55,528 nt of DNA from assembly GCA_035312605.1 (NCBI GenBank), contig DATGBR010000168.1, positions 1 to 55,528 of the forward strand. Reading direction: 5' to 3'. Shown here piece after piece: positions 1-7,814 of this stretch (position 1 is its first letter; every line of letters begins with the position of its first letter). The stretch is from Candidatus Methylomirabilota bacterium. GTDB lineage: Bacteria > Methylomirabilota > Methylomirabilia > Rokubacteriales > CSP1-6. Under the pieces are notes generated by a model that was given only the letters and a program-made list of their open reading frames with translations, was not told the DNA's origin and did no database searches. The translations under genes were made by a program, and so were the position numbers.

Positions 1-698
1 ACCGCCTCGAACGTCTCGCGGCCGGTTCCGTACAGGAGATCGCGCACGCCCTTCTCGTACATGGACTCGAAGCCCTGCCGCGCGCCCGGACGCCCGGCCA
101 TGGCCGCGCCCTCCTTGACGTCGAAATCGCCCACGCTGCTCATCGCGACCGCGCCCACGTCGCCGCGCAGGATGCGCGGGAGCGCGGCGCCGAGCGAGAC
201 CGCGCGGAAGGGCGAAGCCGGCTCGCGGGCCGGCATCGCGGCGATCCCGCGGGCCAGCCAGCCGTCGGGCGTGCTCTTCACCCCCGGCGTCCCCGACTCC
301 ATGTAGTCCTGCGCGTCGAAGTGGGAGCGGGTGGTGTCGGTCGAGCCGCACGCGTGCACCACCGCGAGCCGCCGGTCGTCCCACAGCGGCTTGAGCGGGG
401 CCAGCGAGGGATGGAGGCCGAAGAAGCCGTCGAGGTCGACGGTGGTATCGGCGACCCCCGGGGCCGGTCGCGCGATCGCGATGCTGCCGCGCACTCCGTA
501 GTAGTCGGGATCACCGTGCGGCACCACCATGCTGAGACCGTCGACCGCGCCGCGCTGGAAGATCGCGATGAGCACCTTGGGCCGCCCGGCCCGCTCCTGG
601 GCGAGCGCGGTGCGTACCAGGAACCGCGGAGCCGCGCCGAGCGCGACCAGCGCGAGCGCCCCGCCCTTCACGAACGACCGCCGCGTGCACTCGGACAT
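1..698 (-). CDS. DUF1501 domain-containing protein (partial; C-terminus lies beyond the window edge)
   Basis: Absent from the ORF track because there is no stop in the window. Reverse complement from ATG at 698 reads MSECTRRSFVKGGALALVALGAAPRFLVRTALAQERAGRPKVLIAIFQRGAVDG: a twin-arginine signal followed by a DUF1501-type core. GGAGG lies just upstream, inside the end of the preceding gene. DUF1800-DUF1501 is a conserved pair. Confidence 0.8.
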   Translation of the reverse strand, partial: MSECTRRSFVKGGALALVALGAAPRFLVRTALAQERAGRPKVLIAIFQRGAVDGLSMVVPHGDPDYYGVRGSIAIARPAPGVADTTVDLDGFFGLHPSLAPLKPLWDDRRLAVVHACGSTDTTRSHFDAQDYMESGTPGVKSTPDGWLARGIAAMPAREPASPFRAVSLGAALPRILRGDVGAVAMSSVGDFDVKEGAAMAGRPGARQGFESMYEKGVRDLLYGTGRETFEA

Positions 699-701
699 GA
701 T

Positions 702-2420
702 CTACCTCCGCTGGAATTCGGGCGAGCCCAGGACGAGCGCGGCCAGCTTCTCCACGTCGGTGTCCTTGGCCACCCGGTCGTAGGGGGTGACGCGGGTGAT
801 CTCGGGGCTCTCGAGCTCGGCCGCGAGCACCGCGCGGGTCGCCGGCGAGGCTTCCCCGTGCAGCACCGCCGCGAGCAGGCGGTCCAGCACCTGGGCGGGC
901 TGGCCGCGGTCGGCACCCGCGACGGCGCCGGCCAGGTCGACCCGGGCCCCGCGCAGACGATTGTGGGCGAGCCCGAGCGCGAAGTTCATCCTCCCGAGCA
1001 GCGCGCCGGTGTTGACCCACGACTCCGCGCGGTCCGGATAGCCGGTGGGCGGCTGCGCTTCGTAGAGGGGCTCGCCGAGTCGCGCCACCTCGCGGGCCAG
1101 CACCATGCCGCCGTCGCCGAGCCCCTCGCGGCCGTCCGCGACCGTCACGAGCCGGCCGTCGAGCGTGCGCACCGCGCTCGCCACCACCTCGAGCGGGGTC
1201 TTGATCTTGGCCCGGTAGGCCTCGGCCGACCAGAACTCGGGCGACGTGAAGATCGTCACCAGCACCTCCCGGATGCTCCCGTCGGTGCGCTGGAAGGTGG
1301 CCGCCGCGCGCTCCACCAGCGCGGGCGGCGGATCGTCGCTCACGAAGCGCCGCGCGAGCTTGGTCGCGATGAAGCGCGCGGTCGCGGGATGGCGTACCAG
1401 GATGTCGATCACCCGCTCGCCGTCCTCCCGACCGCCCCCGGCCGGGATCACCTGGCCGAGCACGCGCTTCTCGCCGCGATCGTGGGTCGCGGTGCGGAAG
1501 ACGAAGCCCCCGCCCTGCTGCGGCCGGTCGATGGTCCAGCCGGTGAAGCAGCGCGCCACCTCCACCACGTCCTGCTGGGTGTAGCCGCCGTCCACGCCGA
1601 GGGCGTGCAGCTCCATCAGCTCGCGCGCATAGTTCTCGTTGAGACCGGCGCGCCGGCCCGCGTTGGGCCCCCGGGGCACCACCAGGTCGGCGCGGGTGCT
1701 GAGCCAGTTGTCGAGGTAGAACAGCATCGCGGGGTGCCGCGCGGTGGCGAGCACCAGCTCGCGGAAGCGCCCGAGGACGTGGGGACGGATCGCCTCCCGC
1801 TCGTAGGCGGGCAGCATCCACCGCACCGCGCCCTTCTGGGCGTACACGTTGAAGTGGTTGAACCAGAAGTCGACGAGCACTTCCTCGAGCTGGCGCTCGC
1901 TCAGCACCGCCCGCGTGACCCGCGCGGCCTGCATCTGGGCGGTGATCACCGCGGGCCGGCGCTCCGGCGGGTACATCTCCGCCGCGGCCTGACGGCTCAT
2001 CTGTCCGGAGGCCAGCTGCTGGCGCACCTGAGGCGTCGGCTGCGGGTACTCGCGCACGAGATCCGCCGCGCTCCGCGCCAGCACCGGATAGGCTGGCAGG
2101 GCCTGCTCGACCGCGGAATCGGCGAGGGCGCTCGGGCTGAGCTGCTCGTCCACATAGGCGGCGAGCCCGATGCGCCGTACCCGCTCCACGTCACCCGGCC
2201 GAGGGCCGTACCCGAGCCGACTCAGCGCGTGGAGGATCTGCTGATCGGGGGTGAGCGGCGAAGCCGGCAGCGTCATGCGGGTCCCGGCGCGGAGCGGGGC
2301 GACGACCGGGGCCGGGTGGCCCGCCGTGGTCGGTGCCGCAGCCGGAGGCGACGCCGAGGAGCAAGCGGCGGTCGGAAGGGCTACCAGGATCGCCAGCACA
2401 CCCCGTCTCCAATGCCCCAT
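702..2420 (-). CDS. DUF1800 domain-containing protein
   Basis: 572-aa ORF. Lipoprotein-like N-terminus (LVALPTAACSS). LVDFWFNHFNVYAQKG motif typical of DUF1800. AGGAGG SD upstream. 3-nt gap to the DUF1501 gene. Confidence 0.85.
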   Translation of the reverse strand: MGHWRRGVLAILVALPTAACSSASPPAAAPTTAGHPAPVVAPLRAGTRMTLPASPLTPDQQILHALSRLGYGPRPGDVERVRRIGLAAYVDEQLSPSALADSAVEQALPAYPVLARSAADLVREYPQPTPQVRQQLASGQMSRQAAAEMYPPERRPAVITAQMQAARVTRAVLSERQLEEVLVDFWFNHFNVYAQKGAVRWMLPAYEREAIRPHVLGRFRELVLATARHPAMLFYLDNWLSTRADLVVPRGPNAGRRAGLNENYARELMELHALGVDGGYTQQDVVEVARCFTGWTIDRPQQGGGFVFRTATHDRGEKRVLGQVIPAGGGREDGERVIDILVRHPATARFIATKLARRFVSDDPPPALVERAAATFQRTDGSIREVLVTIFTSPEFWSAEAYRAKIKTPLEVVASAVRTLDGRLVTVADGREGLGDGGMVLAREVARLGEPLYEAQPPTGYPDRAESWVNTGALLGRMNFALGLAHNRLRGARVDLAGAVAGADRGQPAQVLDRLLAAVLHGEASPATRAVLAAELESPEITRVTPYDRVAKDTDVEKLAALVLGSPEFQRR

Positions 2421-2515
2421 GCCGCCCTCCTGAGGAGCAGACGTCGCCCTGTATCTTAACGTTTACAGGGAGTGACAAGGCGCTCGACCGGCCCGACCGG
2501 CCTACCCTGCTCCGT

Positions 2516-3520
2516 TTACGGGATCACCGCCACCTTGATCGAATCCGGTGAGCGGTGCGCCTCGAAGGCCTCGTCGATGCGGGCCAGCGGGAAGGTCTGC
2601 GAGAGCAGGCGCTCCACCCGCACCGCGCCGGTCGCGAGGAGCCGGATCGCCTCGGGGAACTCGTCCTGGTAGATCATCGAGCCGATGATGCGCAGCTCGC
2701 GCCGCACCACCCAGAAGAAGTTGAGCGAGGTCGGCTCGTGGGGCAGGCCGGTCAGGACCACCCGGCCCCCGGGACGGCAGAGGTTGGTCGCCTGCTCCAC
2801 CGCGAGCGCGGTCCCGGCGGTCTCGATGACGAGATCGACGCCTTCGCGGCCCGAGAAGGCCCGCGCGGCCGCGGTGTCGTCGTCGGCGCCCGAGAGCGCC
2901 ACCGCCTCGGCCCCCAGCTCGCGGGCGAGCCCGAGGCGTCGCGTCGAGCGCGCCACCGCGAGCACCCGGACGCCGCGCGCGCGCAGCGTCTGCACCGCGA
3001 GCAGGCCGAGCGAGCCGAGGCCGAGCACCGCCGCGGTCTCGCCCGCCTCGGGCGCGGCGCGGCTGACCGCGCGCACCACCACCGCCAGCGGCTCGGCCAG
3101 GAGCAGGCGCTCGTCGGCCAGGCCGGCGGGCGCGGGCCAGCAGCAGCGCGCGGGCACGGTCGCCTGCTCGGCGAATCCGCCGTCCACGTCGATCCCCACC
3201 GCGACGCGCGACAGGCACAGGTTCCGGTTGCCCTCGCGGCAGAGCGGGCAGGTGCCGCAGGAGTAGTTCGGCTCCACCGCCACCGCCTGGCCGACCCCGA
3301 GATGCCGCACGTCGGCCCCGACCGCGGCGACCGTGCCGACGAACTCGTGCCCCATGACGCGCGGATATTGCACGGGCCGCTCGCCGGTCCAGATCCGGTA
3401 GTCGGTGCCGCAGAGGCCGGCCACCTTGACCCGCACCACCGCGTCGAGGGGCCCCGGGGAGGGTGTCGGAACGGTGGTGAGCGCCAGCGCGCGAGGGCCC
3501 CGCAGGACCGCGGCGATCAT
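2516..3520 (-). CDS. zinc-dependent alcohol dehydrogenase family (MDR) oxidoreductase
   Basis: 334 aa. GHEFVGTV catalytic-zinc motif, CGTCPLCREGNRNLC structural-zinc cluster and a GLGSLG Rossmann motif. Confidence 0.85.
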   Translation of the reverse strand: MIAAVLRGPRALALTTVPTPSPGPLDAVVRVKVAGLCGTDYRIWTGERPVQYPRVMGHEFVGTVAAVGADVRHLGVGQAVAVEPNYSCGTCPLCREGNRNLCLSRVAVGIDVDGGFAEQATVPARCCWPAPAGLADERLLLAEPLAVVVRAVSRAAPEAGETAAVLGLGSLGLLAVQTLRARGVRVLAVARSTRRLGLARELGAEAVALSGADDDTAAARAFSGREGVDLVIETAGTALAVEQATNLCRPGGRVVLTGLPHEPTSLNFFWVVRRELRIIGSMIYQDEFPEAIRLLATGAVRVERLLSQTFPLARIDEAFEAHRSPDSIKVAVIP

Positions 3521-3589
3521 GCCCGCTATCGTAGCGGACCCGGCGCTGCCGAGGCAAGGCAGCGCGAAGCCGTGCTAGCATGGCCGCAC

Positions 3590-4366
3590 ATGGCAACGGT
3601 GCCGTCGCCCTCCTTCGCGCCGGATCAGCGGCCGGCCTCCGTGCCGATCTGGCGCGAGGGCCTGGCCGGCCTCGACTGGCTCGCGCTCCGGACGTCCGCC
3701 GTCTTCTATGGCTGCGGTATCCCCCGCGGCGACGGCGCGGGCGTGGTGCTGGTGCCGGGCTTTCTCGGCACCGACTGGTACCTGCTCGAGCTCCACGGCT
3801 GGCTCGGCCGCCTGGGCTACCGGTCCCATCTCTCGCGCATCGGGCGGAACGCGGAGTGCCTCGATCTGCTCTCGGGGCGCCTGCTCGAGACCGTCGAGCG
3901 CGCGAGGGAAGCCACCGGACGGCCCGTGCACCTGATCGGCCACAGCCTGGGCGGCATGCTCACCCGCTCGCTGGCGGCCCGCCGGCCCGACCTGGTCGCG
4001 TCGGTGGTGACGCTCGGCTCCCCGTTCCGCGGGGTCCGCTCGCACCCCCTGGTGCTGCTGATCTCCGAGCGGGTGCGGGCGCGGGTGCGCCGCGACGACC
4101 GACCGGACTGCTACACCGGCTACTGCCGCTGCGAGGCGGTCACCGGCCTCGAGGGGGCGTTCCCCGCCTCCATGCCCCAGCTCGCGGTGTACACGCGGAC
4201 CGACGGCATCGTGGACTGGCGCATGTGCCTGGGCGACGACCCGGCGAGCAACGTCGAGGTGACGGGCACGCACGTGGGCCTGGTCGCCAATCCGGCCGTC
4301 TACCGGGCGATCGCGCACCACCTGGCCGGGGCGTCTCGGCCGGCCCCGGCTGCCACCGCTCCGTAG
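3590..4366 (+). CDS. alpha/beta hydrolase (lipase/esterase-like)
   Basis: Real coding part of track ORF 2555..4366. It starts at in-frame ATG 3590 (MATVPSPSF), where protein-like composition begins. GHSLGG nucleophile elbow. 258 aa. Confidence 0.75.
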   Translation: MATVPSPSFAPDQRPASVPIWREGLAGLDWLALRTSAVFYGCGIPRGDGAGVVLVPGFLGTDWYLLELHGWLGRLGYRSHLSRIGRNAECLDLLSGRLLETVERAREATGRPVHLIGHSLGGMLTRSLAARRPDLVASVVTLGSPFRGVRSHPLVLLISERVRARVRRDDRPDCYTGYCRCEAVTGLEGAFPASMPQLAVYTRTDGIVDWRMCLGDDPASNVEVTGTHVGLVANPAVYRAIAHHLAGASRPAPAATAP

Positions 4367-4392
4367 CCTGGCCGAGTGAGCGCCGCCAGAGC

Positions 4393-5838
4393 ATGACGCC
4401 GCCGGCGCTCAACCATCGGCTCACGACCCTCGACGCGACCTTCCTCTACACCGAGAAGCCCGTCCAGCCGATGCACGTGGGCGGCTCCATGCTGTACGAG
4501 GGGCATCTGTCGCTGGACGTGCTGGTGCGCGCGCTCGAGTGCCGGCTCCACCTGCTCCCACGTTATCGCCAGAAGGTCGTCTTCCCGCCGTTCGCGACGG
4601 CGCATCCCACCTGGGAGGACGATCCGGCCTTCGACATCCGCCACCACGTGGCTCAGGTCACCCTGCCCCCGCCGGGCGACGATCGGGCCCTATCCGAAGT
4701 GGGCGGCGCGGCCTTCGCGGGCATGCTCGACCGCGATCACCCGCTGTGGAAGCTGATCGTGGTGCACGGCCGCGCCGACGGCAACACCGCGGTGATCTGG
4801 AAGGTCCATCACGCGATGATCGACGGCGTCTCCGGCGTCGATCTCACGATGGTGCTCCATGATCTCAAGCCCGACGCGGCGCCACCCGAGCCCCCGGCCA
4901 CGCCCTGGCAGCCGCAGCCGCTACCGGACCCGCTGACCCTCCTGCAGAACGCGGTCCGCGATCGCGTGACCGAGGTGGCCCAGGCGGTCACCGACGACAT
5001 CTTCCGCCTGCTCCGGCCGACCGACCTCGAGGGGCGGATCCGGCAGCTCGCCGGAGCGGTCGGGACCACCGCTCCGAATCTGCTGCAACCGGCGCCCCGT
5101 ACGCCCTGGAACGCCCCGCTCTCGCCGGAGCGGCGCTTCGGGTGGGCCGAGTTCCCGTTCGGCGAGTTCCGGCGGGCGAAGTCGGTGCTCGGGGGCACGG
5201 TCAACGACGCGGTCCTCACCGTGATCGCGGGTGGCATGGGCCGCTACCTGCGCGCCCTGGGCCAGCCCACCGAGGGCGTGGAGATCCGCGCGATGTGCCC
5301 GGTCAGCATGCGGCGCCCGGACGAGCGCGGGGCGCTGGGGAACCTCGTGTCGATGATCTTCGCGCCGCTCTATGTGGGCGTGCTGGCCCCGGTGGAGCGG
5401 CTCGCGGCCGAGCGGGCCGCGATGACGCGACTCAAGGACCAGGACCAGGCGGGCGGGCTCTACGAGATGACCCATCTGATGGACCGGATGGCTCCCGCGG
5501 TCCAGGCGGTGGCGGGCCAGCTGACGATGCCGAACACTCTGCTGAACACCGTGTCGACCAACGTGCCGGGACCGCAGATCCCGCTCTATCTGTCGGGGCA
5601 TCGTCTCGTCGGCTGGTGCCCGCTCATCCCGCTCGCCAACGAGGTCGGCCTCGTCAACGCCATCCTCACCTATGACCAGCGGCTCACCATCGGGGTCACG
5701 GTGGATCCGAAGCTGGTGCCGGACGTGTGGCTCTACGTGGAATGCCTCAAGGCCTCGTTCGCCGAGCTGCTCCAGGCGGCCGACGTCGCCGAGACGGCGG
5801 GAGCCGGATCCCCGGCCCCCGCCGCCGCGACCCGCTAG
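4393..5838 (+). CDS. wax ester synthase/diacylglycerol acyltransferase (WS/DGAT) family protein
   Basis: In-frame ATG 4393 of track ORF 3580..5838. HHAMIDGVSG matches the HHxxxDG acyltransferase active-site motif. The 481-aa length is typical of the family. Confidence 0.9.
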   Translation: MTPPALNHRLTTLDATFLYTEKPVQPMHVGGSMLYEGHLSLDVLVRALECRLHLLPRYRQKVVFPPFATAHPTWEDDPAFDIRHHVAQVTLPPPGDDRALSEVGGAAFAGMLDRDHPLWKLIVVHGRADGNTAVIWKVHHAMIDGVSGVDLTMVLHDLKPDAAPPEPPATPWQPQPLPDPLTLLQNAVRDRVTEVAQAVTDDIFRLLRPTDLEGRIRQLAGAVGTTAPNLLQPAPRTPWNAPLSPERRFGWAEFPFGEFRRAKSVLGGTVNDAVLTVIAGGMGRYLRALGQPTEGVEIRAMCPVSMRRPDERGALGNLVSMIFAPLYVGVLAPVERLAAERAAMTRLKDQDQAGGLYEMTHLMDRMAPAVQAVAGQLTMPNTLLNTVSTNVPGPQIPLYLSGHRLVGWCPLIPLANEVGLVNAILTYDQRLTIGVTVDPKLVPDVWLYVECLKASFAELLQAADVAETAGAGSPAPAAATR

Positions 5839-6266
5839 GCGCGGGTGTAGATGTCCTTCATCCGGCTCGCGTAGCCGCTCGCCGCCTGCTCGATCTCCTT
5901 CGCGGAGGCCGCCGTGGAGGCCTGCAGCCGCTCCGCGTTGCGGGCCACGATCTGCGCGTTGGTCTCGATCAGCTTGGCCGCTCGCTGGGTCGACTCCGCG
6001 ACCGCCTGAAATCCCTTCCGGTACCACGCGAACGGGTCGCGCCGCAGGTCCTCCAGGGTCTCGGTCGGCGCGCTCGGCATCGGGATCGCGCGGGCCGCGT
6101 CCATCGCCGCCGTCTGCAGCTCGCCCATCGCGCGCAGGCCCTCGCGCGCCGCGGTCGAGGACAGCTCGACGAGCTGGCCCACCACCCGCTCGTTGGCCTG
6201 GGTGAACGCCGCCACCGCCTCCAGCACCTTGCCCTGCATACCCTCGAACTGACAGTTGGTCGCCAT
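5835..6266 (-). CDS. phasin family protein (paralog 1)
   Basis: Start taken at ATG 6266 (MATNCQFEG), preceded by GGAAGGAG. 143 aa, Ala/Glu/Gln-rich and helical. Clearly paralogous to the ORF at 17648..18103 (ANERVVGQLVELSSTAAREG vs ANQKVLQELVDLSAGTAREG; RDPFAWYRKG vs RDPLGAYRKG). Confidence 0.65.
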   Translation of the reverse strand: MATNCQFEGMQGKVLEAVAAFTQANERVVGQLVELSSTAAREGLRAMGELQTAAMDAARAIPMPSAPTETLEDLRRDPFAWYRKGFQAVAESTQRAAKLIETNAQIVARNAERLQASTAASAKEIEQAASGYASRMKDIYTRA

Positions 6267-6480
6267 CGCGCTGCTCCTTCCTTGTCCGATCGTTTGAGGA
6301 ATTCGTGACTGCCCCATGACGTCGATCAGGCTAACACGATGCGTCATGGAGTCAAGGTAAATTTGCTGCGCAGCGTTATCAAGGATGGCCGACCGCGTCA
6401 TACTCCAGCATCTAATATCTCATCGTCAGATATCCAAACATCTATCATAACTGAGTAAATACAACATCTCATGTCGCTCT

Positions 6481-7803
6481 TTGCCGAGTTCGTCTTCCCA
6501 TAGTAGGCTCCGTGGCGTGGACCCCGGCCGCGTATCCGCAGCAAGGCGGCCCCGCCAGCGACGCCTCGCCCTGCTCGTGCTGCTGGCGGCGGTGGGGCTG
6601 GCAGTGGCGGCGATACCCTTCCGCGCCACGTGGTGGGGCGGGTGGATCCTGGCCATCGCCGAGGCCGGCATCGTGGGTGGCCTCGCCGACTGGTTCGCGG
6701 TGACCGCCCTCTTCCGGCGTCCCCTCGGGCTTCCCATCCCTCACACCGCGATCATCCCTGCGAACTGGGAGCTGATGGCCGAGCGCGTGGGCGCGATGGT
6801 GGGCAACCGTGTGCTGACCAAGGACTACGTCCGCGGGGAGATCGAGAGCTTCGACCTCGCCGATCTGCTCGCGCGGGCCGCCGGGCGCCTTCGCCCCGAC
6901 GATCTCGCCTCCGCGGTGCGCGCGGTCTCCCAGTGGATCGTCCTGGAAGTCTCGCCGTCGGCGACCAGCGACCTGGCCGCGTGGCTCGGCCGTCTGGCGC
7001 GGGCGCACCCGATCGCTCCGGTGCTGGCGACCGCGATCGAGATCGCGCGCAAGCAGGGCTGGGACCAGCGCCTGATCGAGGCGATGGCGGAGGCGCTGGT
7101 CGAGGCCCTCGACCGCCCGGATTTCCGCACCGCGGTCGGAGACCTCGTCGATGAGGTGCTGGCTGGGTACCGGGCCCAGATGAGCCTCTACCCGCGCTTT
7201 CTCATCGGCCTCGCCAACGCCTTCGGCCTCATCGACCGGGAGCGCCTGGTGTCGGCGCTGCACGACGCGCTCCGGAAGATCGCCTCCGATCCGGGCGATC
7301 CGCTGCGGGTACGGCTCAGCGAGACGCTGGCCGCGCTGCCGGCCCGCCTGCGCACCGACCCGGACCTGACCGCCCGGCTCGAGGCCGCGAAGGAAGAGCT
7401 GCTGGCGAGCCCGGCCCTCACCCGGCTGGTCGAGGACGTCGCGACCGGGCTGCGTCGAGCGATCGTGGCGGACCTCGAAGGTCCTTCCTCCGAGGTGGTG
7501 AACTGGATCACGGCCCGGCTCGACCGGGCGCGCCTCACCCTCGCCGAGGACGCGGCGCTACGGCAGGACCTCGACGGCTGGCTCAAGGAGCGGGTCACCG
7601 AGGCGGTGGACCGCTATCACGATCGGATCGCGCGATTCATCGAGCGCGGCGTGCACGCCCTCGGCCCGGAGGGCGCGGTGCGGCTGATCGAGGAGCACGC
7701 GGGGGACGACCTGCAGTACATCCGCGTCAACGGTACCGTGGTGGGCGGCCTCGCGGGGGGAGGGCTCTACGCCATCCACCTCCTGCTGGGCCTGCTCGGC
7801 TGA
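6481..7803 (+). CDS. DUF445 domain-containing membrane protein
   Basis: GGLADWFAVTALFRRPLGLPIPHTAIIP is the hallmark DUF445 segment, and the C-terminus carries a TM helix. The start is uncertain: TTG 6481 as in the track, or in-frame GTG 6517. Confidence 0.75.
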   Translation: MPSSSSHSRLRGVDPGRVSAARRPRQRRLALLVLLAAVGLAVAAIPFRATWWGGWILAIAEAGIVGGLADWFAVTALFRRPLGLPIPHTAIIPANWELMAERVGAMVGNRVLTKDYVRGEIESFDLADLLARAAGRLRPDDLASAVRAVSQWIVLEVSPSATSDLAAWLGRLARAHPIAPVLATAIEIARKQGWDQRLIEAMAEALVEALDRPDFRTAVGDLVDEVLAGYRAQMSLYPRFLIGLANAFGLIDRERLVSALHDALRKIASDPGDPLRVRLSETLAALPARLRTDPDLTARLEAAKEELLASPALTRLVEDVATGLRRAIVADLEGPSSEVVNWITARLDRARLTLAEDAALRQDLDGWLKERVTEAVDRYHDRIARFIERGVHALGPEGAVRLIEEHAGDDLQYIRVNGTVVGGLAGGGLYAIHLLLGLLG

Positions 7804-7814
7804 CCGGTCCCGGG

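Noticed and set aside
321-2459. Very long alternative-frame ORFs throughout the track. Examples: 321..2459 +, 7914..11051 +, 7558..9915 -, 26407..29244 +, 41167..43896 -, 41256..44318 +, 49806..51986 -, 52004..54037 -.
   Set aside because: Their translations are Arg/Ala/Gly/Pro-rich low-complexity strings with no motifs. Each overlaps, in another frame or on the other strand, a gene with clear family signatures. This is the expected lack of stop codons in very GC-rich DNA.
2447-2470. The hairpin CCCTGTA-N10-TACAGGG between the alcohol dehydrogenase and DUF1800 genes, as a terminator or operator.
   Set aside because: The stem is only 7 bp with a 10-nt loop and no U-tract. That is too weak to call.
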